Source of the DNA: Clostridia bacterium
GTDB taxonomy: Bacteria > Bacillota > Clostridia > Christensenellales > Aristaeellaceae
Length of the DNA: 30,988 bases
Reading direction: 5' to 3'
Assembly: GCA_030526225.1 (NCBI GenBank)
Contig: JAUNDF010000019.1
Span: forward strand, 1 to 30,988
The notes under the pieces were generated by a model. It was not told the origin of the DNA and made no database searches. It saw only the letters and a list, made by a program, of their open reading frames with translations. Positions 1 to 9,232 of this stretch are shown piece by piece (within the stretch, counting starts at the first letter, position 1; each line of letters opens with the position of its first letter). Made by a program: the position numbers and the translations under genes.

Positions 1-1
1 G

Positions 2-958
2 GAGCACGGGCTGGAGGACGTGATGATGGACTTCTACGGCGGCAGCTATGATGTGCTGCTGTGCACCACCATCATCGAGAGCGGCCTTGACGTGCCCACT
101 GCCAACACGCTGATTGTGTTTGATGCCGACCGGCTGGGCCTGAGCCAGATGTATCAGCTGCGGGGCCGCGTTGGCCGGAGCAACCGGCAAGCCTATGCCT
201 ACTTTACCGTCCGCCCGGACAAGATGCTCACCGAGGTGGCCGAGCAGCGGCTGACGGCCATCCGGGAGTTTACCGAATTCGGCGCAGGCTTCCGCGTGGC
301 CATGCGCGATCTGGAAATCCGCGGCGCAGGCAACATCCTTGGACCCGAGCAGCACGGCCATCTGGCCACGGTGGGCTATGACATGTACTGCAAGCTGATT
401 GAGGAAACCCTCCGCGAGGTGCAGGGCGTGAAGAGTGTGCAGAAGCCGCTGGAGACACGGGTGGAGCTGAAGGTGGATGCCTATCTGCCCGACGATTATG
501 TGAAGGACGAGCGCCAGCGCATGGAGATGTACAAGCGCATCGCTTCCATCTCTACGCAGGAGGACCGCAACGACATCGAGGAGGAGCTGCTGGACCGCTT
601 CGGTCAGCATCCCCCGGTGGTGGATACGCTGCTGGATATTGCCCAGCTGCGCGCACTGGCCAACCGGCTGGGCGTGATGATTATCCTGAAAAAGGGCAAA
701 GACCTGACCATGCGGGTGGACAAGCGTTACGCCCCCAACGGCGACCTGATGCTCCGTGCCATGCAGGATACGGACGGCCGCCTGCGCATCACCACCGGCG
801 CGGCGGAGGCCATATTGCTCAAGGACATCCCCGGCAGCGATGCCGATATGCTCCGTGAGGGCGTGGAGGTGCTGAAAAAGCTGGTGGTCCGTCTGGCCAA
901 GCTGGAGGAGGAAAAGAAGGCCGCCGAAGAAGCTGAAAAGGCCGAAACCAACGCCTGA
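2..958 (+). CDS. mfd: Transcription-repair coupling factor Mfd, C-terminal part (5' end outside the window)
   Basis: The frame is open to the window edge. It carries helicase C-terminal motifs (LLCTTIIESGLDVPTANTLI, QLRGRVGRS) followed by a TRCF-type C-terminal domain (DAYLPDDYV...RMEMYKRIA). TGA stop at 956-958. Confidence 0.9.
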   Translation, partial: EHGLEDVMMDFYGGSYDVLLCTTIIESGLDVPTANTLIVFDADRLGLSQMYQLRGRVGRSNRQAYAYFTVRPDKMLTEVAEQRLTAIREFTEFGAGFRVAMRDLEIRGAGNILGPEQHGHLATVGYDMYCKLIEETLREVQGVKSVQKPLETRVELKVDAYLPDDYVKDERQRMEMYKRIASISTQEDRNDIEEELLDRFGQHPPVVDTLLDIAQLRALANRLGVMIILKKGKDLTMRVDKRYAPNGDLMLRAMQDTDGRLRITTGAAEAILLKDIPGSDADMLREGVEVLKKLVVRLAKLEEEKKAAEEAEKAETNA

Positions 959-986
959 TGACAGCGCGGCATGGAAACAACAAAAA

Positions 987-1019
987 AGCGCAAGCCCTTG
1001 CAAAATAAGGGCTTGCGCT
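987..1019 (-). terminator. Rho-independent terminator hairpin between convergent mfd and the transglutaminase-like gene
   Basis: Perfect 13-bp stem AGCGCAAGCCCTT / AAGGGCTTGCGCT with a 7-nt loop. The A-run at 981-986 gives a T-tract on the minus strand. There is no T-tract on the plus side. Confidence 0.6.
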
Positions 1020-1035
1020 GTGTGCGGCGGATGAA

Positions 1036-2433
1036 TTAATGAATCACCTTGGTGGCATAGCCGTGGGCATCGGCGAAGCGGGCGGCGACAGTATCGGGGC
1101 CGTCGACCAGCACCAGCAGCTTGCTGCTGCAGCCGGTGAAGGCGGAAGCATCAATGCTCGTTACGCTTTGCGGGATGTAGATGCGGGTCATGGTGCTGTT
1201 CATGAAGGCACGGGCGCCGATGGTCTTCAGCGAGCGGGGCAGACGGATGTATTCGGCGCTGGCTTTGGCAAAGGCTTCAGCCTCGATGGCGGTGATGCCG
1301 TCGGGGATGGTCATCGGCTTGCCGCAGATTCTGCTGCCGGTGACATAGATGATATCGCTCCAGCCGTACAGCACGGACAAATCCCAAACGCCGCTGCTCA
1401 GCTCGATTTCATCCTGACTGTTGATGCAGTAGGTAATCATTTCACGCCGGATGATTTCACGCGCCGCAGGGCCGGGGAGCCCTGCAAGGGACACCCTGCC
1501 GGAGCCCTGCAGTGCATCTGCGATGCGGGGCTCCAGGAAGCTGACCCAGGCAGCCGCCGCGCCGCTCTTTATGTAATAGTTGCAGGCCATGCCATCGGCG
1601 GCGGTGAAATTGTGACCGTAGTGGTCATCGCGCATGATGCTGTCGGGGATAAAGCAGTAATCGTAGGTGCAGTAGCCCAGGGGAGCACCCTTGCCCGCAG
1701 GCGCGTAGCCGGGGCAGTCCCAGGTGACATCCGCCTCGTACCAGTCACCCTCCAGCTCCAGCGCATTCCATGCGTGGGACTGGGCATCGGAGGTTACCAC
1801 ACGGGCATCGATGCCCGCGGCCTAAAGCAAATCAAGGTAGGCGATGGCGAAGCTTTGGCACACACCGAAGCCGCGGAACAAAAGCACATCCGCCCCGTGA
1901 TAGACCAGCGTGGAATCGTAATAGGAGTTCTTTGCCAGATACTCGTACAGGTACAGCGCCTTTTCGTAATCGCTGCTGCCGCTGCAGCCGGCCACCAGCT
2001 GCTTTGCCTTGGCGGCCACATAATCGTAGCCTGTCACATTCAGGTAGCAGTAGGCATAATCATAGCCTTCAATCTGGGCGACCAGCAGATAACGCCCGGG
2101 CTGATAAAAGCGGTAGTTGAATTTGGTTACATCGTTGCAGTAAACAACCTGATAGTAATCAGACCAGTCAACCTGCACTGCCAGCAGCATGGTGTGGGTA
2201 TAGCCGGGGAAGCTGTAGGCCGATTGGATGCTGACTGCCTGCCCGGTGGTCAGCTTGCCGGTGATGACAAAATCAGCCGCACTCTTTTGCTGGATTTCAT
2301 CCGTTGAAAAGGCAAAGGTGCCCGGCTCGCCCTCGGGCAATACCTGCAAAAAGCCGGGATTGCCGTCGGCCAAAGCCGTGGGCAGCAGGAACAGGACAAG
2401 CAGCAACAGCACAAGCGCGGCAAGTTTTTTCAT
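1036..2433 (-). CDS. Secreted transglutaminase-like cysteine protease with C-terminal LRR (BspA-like) repeats; contains one in-frame TAG (plus-strand CTA at 1822-1824)
   Basis: ORFs 1822..2487 and 1036..1800 share one frame, separated by TAG plus 7 sense codons. Signal peptide MKKLAALVLLLLVLFLLPTALA, with RBS GGAGG 7 nt upstream of ATG 2433. The catalytic Cys (GFGVCQSFA) lies upstream of the TAG. His and Asp (SHAWNALE...DVTWD) lie downstream. The C-terminus has repeats of the form IPDGITAIEAEAF / LPRSLKTIGARAF / IPQSVTSIDASAF. TAA stop. Confidence 0.6.
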
Positions 2434-2626
2434 ACAGACGGCCTCCGATTCAGGTGCGAAACCAAACATAGCATTCACATAATACAATGATTGTATTATT
2501 TTTCATACAGGATGTCAATCATCCGTTTGTTTACAAATTGTTCACAATTCATTCCGAATGGCTTCACATTGCGGATGCAAGATAGAATGGCCGGGGTGGA
2601 ATCATCCCGGGAGAGGAGCAAATCCC

Positions 2627-4546
2627 ATGAACGATCCGAAAAAGAAAAAATGGCTGACGATTACCATCATTGCCTTTATCGCCATGGTCATCATCAACCA
2701 GCTGGTGGTGCTGCCCTTTGTCTCTGCGTCGGGGCAGGCGAAGGAAACCACCTACGACTTCATGCTCCGGGAGCTGGAGAAGAAAAACATCACCCATGTG
2801 GAAATCAACGGTGAAAAAATCTACTTCAAGCTGAAGGAAAGCAAGCCCGACAAGGATGCCAAGCTGCTGGATACGCTGCTGGCGGCGCAAAACAACAATG
2901 TGTACGTCACCACCGCCATGACCGATCTGGCGCTGGTGGAGCGGCTGTACCAGTCCGGGGCGGAATTCACCCAGGTGAATCAAAAGCAGATGTCCCCCAT
3001 TGTGAGCATGCTGCTCAGCTACGGCTGCTTCATCCTGATTTATCTGGTGCTGATGCGGGTGATGATGAAGAAAATGGGCGGCGGCGGCTCGGTGATGAGC
3101 TTCGGCAAGTCCAACGCCCGCATCGTGGCCAACGATAAGGTGGATATCCGCTTCACCGATGTGGCCGGTCAGGAGGAAGCGAAGGAGAACCTGAAGGAAA
3201 TTGTGGATTTCCTCCACGACCCGAAAAAATACGAGCAGATGGGTGCCGTGCTGCCCAAGGGCGCATTGCTTGTCGGCCCTCCCGGCACCGGTAAAACGCT
3301 GATTGCCAAGGCGGTGGCCGGTGAGGCCCATGTGCCCTTCTTCTCCATTTCCGGCTCGGAATTTGTGGAAATGTTTGTGGGCATGGGCGCGGCCAAGGTC
3401 CGCGACCTGTTCAAGCAGGCCAAGGAAAAGGCCCCCTGCATCATCTTCATTGATGAGATTGATGCCGTGGGCAAAAAGCGCGACACCGCCGGCATCGGCG
3501 GCAACGATGAACGGGAGCAGACCCTCAACCAGCTGCTTTCCGAAATGGACGGCTTTGACGGCAGCAAGGGCGTGATTCTGCTGGCTGCCACCAACCGCCC
3601 CGAAACACTGGACCCTGCGCTCCTGCGCCCCGGCCGCTTTGACCGCAGGGTACCCATGGAGCTGCCCGACCAGAAGGGCCGCGAGGCGGTGCTGCGGGTC
3701 CATGCCAAAAAGGTGAAGATGGCTGATACCGTGGACCTGGTGGCCATCGCCCGGTCAACCCCCGGCGCTTCCGGTGCGGATTTGGCCAACCTGATTAACG
3801 AATCCGCCCTGCAGGCCGTCCGTGCCGGGCACGACAAGGTGCAGCAGGAGGACATCGAGGCCAGCGTGGATGTGGTGTTGGCCGGTCAGCAGCGCAAGAG
3901 CACGGTCATCTCCCCCAGGGAGAAGCAGGTGATTGCCTACCACGAGGTGGGCCATGCTCTGACTGCCGCGCTGCAGGATGAATCCGCCCCCGTGCACAAG
4001 ATTACCATCATCCCCCGGACCTCCGGCGCGCTGGGCTTTACCATGCAGCTGGATGAGGAGGAGCGCTTCCTGCACACCAAGCCAGAGCTGACGGCGCGGC
4101 TGGTAACCCTGTGCGGCGGCCGCGCAGCGGAAATGCTGGTGTTCGGCAAGGCCACCACCGGTGCCGCCAACGATATTGAGCAGGCCACCCGCATGGCCCG
4201 CGCCATGGTAACCCGCTACGGCATGAGCGATTCCTTCGGTATGGTGGCACTGGAGGCCAATGCCAACCGCTATCTGGGCGGTGACGGCGAGCTGACCTGC
4301 TCCGGCACCACTGCCGCCCGGATTGATGACGAGGTGATTGCCCTGGTGCAGGATGCCTTCCAGCAGGCAAGCAAAATCATTGCCGAGCACTGGTCTGCCT
4401 TGACCCGCATTGCCGATCAGCTGATCAGGCAGGAAAATATGTCCGGCGAGGAGTTCAAAAAGCTGCTGGACGAGGAATTGGAAACCAAGCGCCTCGCGGC
4501 ACAGGAAGCCGCCGGTGAGGGCAAGGAAAATGAAGTGAGTGAGTAA
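2627..4546 (+). CDS. ftsH: ATP-dependent zinc metalloprotease FtsH
   Basis: N-terminal TM segments, Walker A GPPGTGKT, Walker [32 protein letters not shown] and zinc motif HEVGHAL. RBS GAGAGGAG lies 8 nt upstream of ATG 2627, so the ORF-track start at 2558 is probably too early. TAA stop. Confidence 0.93.
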   Translation: MNDPKKKKWLTITIIAFIAMVIINQLVVLPFVSASGQAKETTYDFMLRELEKKNITHVEINGEKIYFKLKESKPDKDAKLLDTLLAAQNNNVYVTTAMTDLALVERLYQSGAEFTQVNQKQMSPIVSMLLSYGCFILIYLVLMRVMMKKMGGGGSVMSFGKSNARIVANDKVDIRFTDVAGQEEAKENLKEIVDFLHDPKKYEQMGAVLPKGALLVGPPGTGKTLIAKAVAGEAHVPFFSISGSEFVEMFVGMGAAKVRDLFKQAKEKAPCIIFIDEIDAVGKKRDTAGIGGNDEREQTLNQLLSEMDGFDGSKGVILLAATNRPETLDPALLRPGRFDRRVPMELPDQKGREAVLRVHAKKVKMADTVDLVAIARSTPGASGADLANLINESALQAVRAGHDKVQQEDIEASVDVVLAGQQRKSTVISPREKQVIAYHEVGHALTAALQDESAPVHKITIIPRTSGALGFTMQLDEEERFLHTKPELTARLVTLCGGRAAEMLVFGKATTGAANDIEQATRMARAMVTRYGMSDSFGMVALEANANRYLGGDGELTCSGTTAARIDDEVIALVQDAFQQASKIIAEHWSALTRIADQLIRQENMSGEEFKKLLDEELETKRLAAQEAAGEGKENEVSE

Positions 4547-4550
4547 AAAG

Positions 4551-4590
4551 ACAGGGCCGTGAAAATGATTCACAGCCCTGTTTCTTATTC
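4551..4590. terminator. Bidirectional terminator hairpin (repeat copy A) between convergent ftsH and the SH3-domain gene
   Basis: ACAGGGC-c-GTGAA-aatga-TTCAC-a-GCCCTGT (7 bp + 5 bp stem) followed by TTTCTTATT on the plus strand. AAAAAG upstream gives a T-tract on the minus strand. Confidence 0.65.
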
Positions 4591-5463
4591 CGCGAACATC
4601 AGCTTTCCCTGACGGTCATATACCGCCATAACCTCCCTGTCCAACTCGGGAATTTCGTACATGACGATGATGCCGTTGGCGTCAATGGTGATATCGTGGG
4701 GGTGGATGATGTCATCCCGGCTGGGGTTGGATTGCCACAGCACGCGCCCATCCATGGTGATGGCCACGGGATGGGGGCCGTAGTAGCCGCAGATGTACAT
4801 GGTTCCGTCCCAGTCCACGGCGTGAGAGATGCCGGCACCAAGGGAGACCTTGCTTCTGCCCAGCTGCCACAGGCGGCGTCCGTTGGGCAAATCGTACAGG
4901 CTCAATCCTGTTTCGGTGTTGTAGATGGCCAGCGCGGGCTGCTGCTCTGTGCCGGCGATGAACACCGAGGTGCTTGTCAGCTCACCCACCTCGTAGACGA
5001 ATTCCGTTCTGGCCCACACGCAGGAGCGGTCGGCGCGGTACACGCCCACCGTCAGCCGTTCGCAGGCACTGTTTTCCAGCCGCCGGGCCACCACGCGAAG
5101 ACTGCCGCAGGGGGTATCCATCAACAGCTTGCCCTTTTTCTGCATGTCGGCAAAGCTGACAGGCTCGGTGGATTCGCGGTAGGTTCCACCGGGATTGGCA
5201 GGGGTCAGATAGCTTGACAGAATGTAGCCCTTTTTGCCGTTGTATTCGGCATAGGTGTAGTCCGCATCATAAGGGGCGCAGCCGGTGACCACCTCGTCCA
5301 GCGGAACCTTGACCAGCACCTTGCCGGAGGAGGACGGCCTTGCGCGCAGGGAGACCCACTCACTGCAGTTGGTCACCCGCATGTCCTCACCAAGGGCGGC
5401 GGCAGCAAGCAGCAGGGAAAAAGCAAAGCAGATAAAGCAGACAAGGATGAAGCGCTTTCGCAT
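4585..5463 (-). CDS. Secreted SH3-domain protein with a C-terminal beta-rich domain of unknown function
   Basis: Start chosen at MRKRFILVCFICFAFSLLLAAAALG (signal peptide), with RBS AAAGGAGG 7 nt upstream. The SH3_3-like segment is WVSLRARPSSSGKVLVKVPLDEVV...GKKGYILSSYL. TAA stop. Confidence 0.6.
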   Translation of the reverse strand: MRKRFILVCFICFAFSLLLAAAALGEDMRVTNCSEWVSLRARPSSSGKVLVKVPLDEVVTGCAPYDADYTYAEYNGKKGYILSSYLTPANPGGTYRESTEPVSFADMQKKGKLLMDTPCGSLRVVARRLENSACERLTVGVYRADRSCVWARTEFVYEVGELTSTSVFIAGTEQQPALAIYNTETGLSLYDLPNGRRLWQLGRSKVSLGAGISHAVDWDGTMYICGYYGPHPVAITMDGRVLWQSNPSRDDIIHPHDITIDANGIIVMYEIPELDREVMAVYDRQGKLMFAE

Positions 5464-5487
5464 ATTCGGGCCTCCTTTGGGGGATGA

Positions 5488-5524
5488 AAAACAGGGACTG
5501 TGAATCATTTTCACAGCCCCTGTT
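5488..5524 (-). terminator. Rho-independent terminator (repeat copy B, inverted relative to copy A) downstream of the zinc-ribbon gene
   Basis: Minus strand reads ACAGGGGCTGTGAAAATGATTCACAGTCCCTGTTTTTCATC. The hairpin core is the same as copy A and is followed by a T-tract. Confidence 0.6.
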
Positions 5525-5526
5525 GC

Positions 5527-6579
5527 TTATCTCCCCTGATACGGTACGTCGTTGATGCTGTCCAGCCGGCCGCCCTTGAAGGTCAGCTTCACCGCATCGC
5601 CTACCTTGAAGGATTGCCACTGCTCCAGGGGCAGGGTGGCTGTGTAGGTCTTGTTGTTCTTGTCGGCGAAGGTAACGGTGTACAGCTCCTCGCGGCCGCC
5701 CTCGCGCTGTTTGTTGGTCAGGGTGAATTCGCCCCACTTGGGCTCATCATCCTTGCCGGCGGTCTTGATGACATCGGCTTGCAGCCAGCGGTCAATTTCG
5801 TAGGTGTACTGGGTTTTATAGATGGGCTCATCCCGGTAGACGGGCTGCTTTTCGCGCTCGGTGTAGTACTCGGTCTTGTACCGGGGCGTTTTGACCTCCT
5901 TGGAGGTAAAGGTACCGTCACCGTTGTTGACGTACTGGGTGGAGGTGTCATAGCCATCCTGAACCTGACGGCTCTTTTTGACGGTGACATACTCGTAGTG
6001 GTCCACCACCTTTTCGTAGTGGTGGATGGCCTGACTGGTTTTGATGAGCCTTGCCCCCTCGGGCAGCTGCCAGTCCGCCTCGGTGACGGTGGTGTATTCC
6101 TCAATGCTGACGGCACGGGCCCATGCCTTTTCCAGCACGGTGGTGTCGGCGTTTTTGGGAATCAGGTTGATGACCAGGGCGATGACCAGCACGGCCAGCA
6201 GCAGCAGGGGCCACCAGCGCTTTTTCTTCGGGGCCGGGGCGGGCTGCATGGCGGCGGCCTTGGCGGCAGCCTTGGCTTTCAGCTTTTCCTCGTTGGTGAA
6301 ATAATCGTCCTTGCTGTCGGTTTTGGCACTGCCGCAGTTGGTGCAGTAGGCGGCGGTGATGCGGTTCATGGTGCCGCAGTTGGCGCAGAGCCAGTCGGCG
6401 CCCTGTCCGTACTTGGCGGCGGTATCATCATCCAGGAAGGCGTTTTTCTCCTCCGGCAGATAGAATACCGTGTTCTCATGCTGGGGCTTGCCGCAGCCCG
6501 GGCAGGATTTGGTCAGGCCGCCGATGCCCTTATTGCCGCAAAAGGGGCAGTCCCACAAGGCTTCAATCTTTTTGCTCAT
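5527..6579 (-). CDS. Membrane protein with two N-terminal zinc ribbons, one TM helix and a Tyr/Thr/Lys-rich extracytoplasmic domain; function unknown
   Basis: CPFCG-x12-CPGCG and CANCG-x10-CTNCG motifs. A basic stretch KKKRWW is followed by the TM segment PLLLLAVLVIALVINLI. RBS GGAGAG lies 6 nt upstream of the ATG at 6579. TAA stop. Confidence 0.65.
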   Translation of the reverse strand: MSKKIEALWDCPFCGNKGIGGLTKSCPGCGKPQHENTVFYLPEEKNAFLDDDTAAKYGQGADWLCANCGTMNRITAAYCTNCGSAKTDSKDDYFTNEEKLKAKAAAKAAAMQPAPAPKKKRWWPLLLLAVLVIALVINLIPKNADTTVLEKAWARAVSIEEYTTVTEADWQLPEGARLIKTSQAIHHYEKVVDHYEYVTVKKSRQVQDGYDTSTQYVNNGDGTFTSKEVKTPRYKTEYYTEREKQPVYRDEPIYKTQYTYEIDRWLQADVIKTAGKDDEPKWGEFTLTNKQREGGREELYTVTFADKNNKTYTATLPLEQWQSFKVGDAVKLTFKGGRLDSINDVPYQGR

Positions 6580-6632
6580 ATGCATCTCTCCGTATTGACA
6601 ATAATCATGGGGAACGCCGGTTCACTACTATT

Positions 6633-6661
6633 ATCATACAACAAATATTGGAAAATTGCAA
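6633..6661 (-). promoter_or_regulatory. Candidate sigma-A promoter for the zinc-ribbon gene
   Basis: Minus strand reads TTGCAA-N17-TATGAT (plus-strand TTGCAA at 6656-6661 and ATCATA at 6633-6638). Confidence 0.4.
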
Positions 6662-6676
6662 AGAAAAATGCAGCGG

Positions 6677-6705
6677 TTGCACATAGGCCTGATTTTTGGT
6701 ATACT
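6677..6705 (+). promoter_or_regulatory. Candidate sigma-A promoter for the orphan SBP / kinase / regulator operon
   Basis: TTGCAC (6677-6682), a 17-nt spacer, then TATACT (6700-6705). It sits about 45 nt upstream of ATG 6751. Confidence 0.45.
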
Positions 6706-6750
6706 ATATCCATCTATGTACAATTTGGCACAATCGGGAGTGAAAACAAC

Positions 6751-7725
6751 ATGAAAAAAATTTCAGCGCTGCTGATGCTCATCTGTGCTGCCCTGCTGCT
6801 GTGTGCCTGCACCGGGGAAAAACCTGCAGCGGAGGAAGCCGCGCCTATCGTCATCGGCTTTTCCCAGCTGGGTTCGGAAAGCAGCTGGCGCATCGGCAAC
6901 ACCAAGGACATGACCGAGGCAGCCGAGCGCGCGGGCATCACCATGATGCTGAAGGATGGCCGCCAGAAGCAGGAAAACCAGATTGCCGCCATCCGCGAAT
7001 TCATCGCCCACAGGGTGGATGTGATTGTGTTTTCCCCCATCGTGGAGGATGGCTGGGACAATGTTCTCAGGGAGGCAAAGCAGGCGGGCATTCCGGTGCT
7101 GCTGATTGACCGCATTATCCAGACCACCGATGACAGCCTGTACGCCGGGTGTATCGGCGCTGATTTTTATCTGGAGGGGCGCAACGCCGGTGAATATCTG
7201 CTGAAAAAGGCGGATGCCATGGGCGCGAAGGAGCTGCACGTGGTGGAAATCACCGGCACGGAGGACTCCACCCCCATGCGCCAGCGCATGAAGGGCTTCC
7301 ACAGCGTGGTGGACGGTGACAGCCGCATCGTGACATTGGAATCGGTCAACGGCGATTTCCTCCGTTCACGCGGGCGGGAGTGCATGGAATATCTGCTGAA
7401 GAAGTACGACGGGGAAATCGATGTGGTCTACTCCCACAACGATTCCATGACCCTTGGCGCCATTGAGGCGCTGGAGGCAGCCGGAGTCAAGCCGGGGCAG
7501 GATGTGATTATCATCACCGTGGACGGCGAACAGGCGGCCATCGACCTGCTGAAGGAGGGCAAAATCAACTGCGTGGTGGAATGCACCCCCATGCTGGGCG
7601 ATGAGGTGATGCGCCTTTGCACCAAATTGGCCGGCGGCGAAAAAATCGTGAAGCTGACCCATCCCGTGGAGCAGGTGTTTACCGATTTTGATGACCTGAC
7701 ACAGATTGGCCCCCGTGGCTACTGA
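6751..7725 (+). CDS. Lipoprotein sugar-binding protein (periplasmic-binding-protein type I, YtfQ/RbsB-like), probably the sensor partner of the adjacent kinase
   Basis: Lipobox LLLCAC in MKKISALLMLICAALLLCACTG. PBP fold motifs IVIGFSQLGSESSWR, VDVIVFSP, AGIPVLLIDR and VVYSHNDSMTLGAIEAL. RBS GGGAG is upstream. No adjacent permease; it is followed directly by the kinase and regulator. The ORF-track N-terminal extension from 5500 is antisense shadow. TGA stop. Confidence 0.8.
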   Translation: MKKISALLMLICAALLLCACTGEKPAAEEAAPIVIGFSQLGSESSWRIGNTKDMTEAAERAGITMMLKDGRQKQENQIAAIREFIAHRVDVIVFSPIVEDGWDNVLREAKQAGIPVLLIDRIIQTTDDSLYAGCIGADFYLEGRNAGEYLLKKADAMGAKELHVVEITGTEDSTPMRQRMKGFHSVVDGDSRIVTLESVNGDFLRSRGRECMEYLLKKYDGEIDVVYSHNDSMTLGAIEALEAAGVKPGQDVIIITVDGEQAAIDLLKEGKINCVVECTPMLGDEVMRLCTKLAGGEKIVKLTHPVEQVFTDFDDLTQIGPRGY

Positions 7726-7750
7726 TGCAGGGCGGAGCGATGAGATTGTG

Positions 7751-9232
7751 ATGAACAAGCGCGAAAAGACAAGGAGCATGGGCAGTCAGCTGCTGCAGTT
7801 TTCCCGATTGCTGACGGTGGTGCTGGCGGTGCCGGCGGTTATCAGTCTTGTGATGATGCTGGTGTCCAGCTCCATCTACCACCACACCCTCAGCCAGATG
7901 GAGCGGGTGGCCCAGCTGCAGCCGGTTATCAAGACAGACATTCCGGAGGCGGTGTGGTATGCCGTGGCCGGACGCACCTCCTTTGAGGAGGGCAATGTGT
8001 GGGGCATGGTGCGGCAGGTGACGGACACGCTGGATGACATGATTCTGGCGGATGAGAGCGAGGGCCTGTCCCTGACCATCGCCCGGCGCACCATGGATAC
8101 CATGGCCGGGTATATCACGCAGATTGAGACAGAGATGGCCAACCGCATGCCCGTGGTGGAGCTGTAGAGCATGGTGGAGGAGGTCCGCAGCGTGGGTGCG
8201 CTGGTGGAATCCATCCTGCAGGAATACATTACCGGCTCCATCGGGTCGGCGGCAACCATCAACAACGGCCTGCGCAAGCAGACCATGGTGTTTGCGGCGG
8301 TGGAAATCCTGCTGCTGATTGTGGCCTCCGTGGCGGCACAGCGCAACCGCAAGCGGCTGATGAATCAGCTGCTGAACCCCATTGAAAATGTGGAAAACTT
8401 TACGGCACAGGTGGCCGGCGGCGATTTATCAGCACCGCGGCTGCCCAAAGCAGAAATGACCGAGCTGGTGCCGCTGACGGAATCCATCAACTCCATGGCC
8501 GACCGGCTGGAATCGCTGTTCGGGCAAATCAAGCGGGAGCAGGACAACCTGCGCAAGGCAGAGCTTCGGACACTGCAGGCGCAGATTAACCCGCACTTCC
8601 TTTATAATACGCTGGATGCCATTGTGTGGCAGGCGGAGGAGGGCCGCAATGATGAGGTCATCCGCACCACCCGCGCCCTCAGTGACTTTTTCCGCATTTC
8701 CCTGTCCTCCGGCGATGACTGGATTCCCGTATCGCAATAGCTGCAGCACCTGTCGGGCTATCTGCTCATCCAGCGCACCCGCTACCGGGATATCCTCCGC
8801 TACGAAATCGATGTGGATGAAAAAATGCAGGACCTGATGATTTTGAAGCTTCTGCTCCAGCCGCTGGTGGAAAATGCGCTGTACCACGGCATCAAGTTCA
8901 AGCGGGGCGGCGGCACCATCCGGGTGGAGGGGAGGCTGGAGGATGACCACATGGTCTTCCGGGTCACCGATACAGGCAAGGGCATGCCCCCATAGCGGCT
9001 GAAGGCCGTGGTGGACAGCATGCACGGCGAGGCACCGCCCCTGACGGCAGAGTTTGCCCAGGGCGGCTCCGGATTCGGGCTTCGCAACGTAAACCAGCGC
9101 ATCAAGCTGTACTACCGGCAGCAGGAAGGGCTGCAGATTGAAAGCGGAAGCGGCGGCACCGCCGTGACCTTCCGCGTACCTGTTTTAAGAAAGGGGGAGA
9201 CCGACCGTGGTGAAGGTATTTCTGGTGGATGA
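7751..9232 (+). CDS. YesM/LytS-type sensor histidine kinase (TM - sensor - HAMP - His_kinase - HATPase_c) containing three in-frame TAG codons (8165-8167, 8738-8740, 8993-8995)
   Basis: Four ORF pieces (7706.., 8171.., 8813.., 9008..) share one frame and are separated only by TAG. H-box region QAQINPHFLYNTLDAI, N-box LLLQPLVENALYHGIK, G1 VTDTGKGM and G2 GGSGFGLRNVNQRI are all intact. The start is uncertain (ATG 7751 chosen). The TGA stop at 9230-9232 overlaps the regulator start by 26 nt. Confidence 0.7.

Noticed and set aside
2540-2590. A promoter for ftsH (TAGAAT at 2583-2588).
   Set aside because: No acceptable -35 lies at 16-18 nt spacing (TTCACA is 14 nt away), so I did not list it as a feature.
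5500-6750. A 417-codon N-terminal extension of the SBP ORF, listed in the track as 5500..7725.
   Set aside because: The extension is antisense to the zinc-ribbon gene and is Gly/Val/Leu-rich nonsense. The real start is ATG 6751, which has an RBS and a lipoprotein signal peptide.
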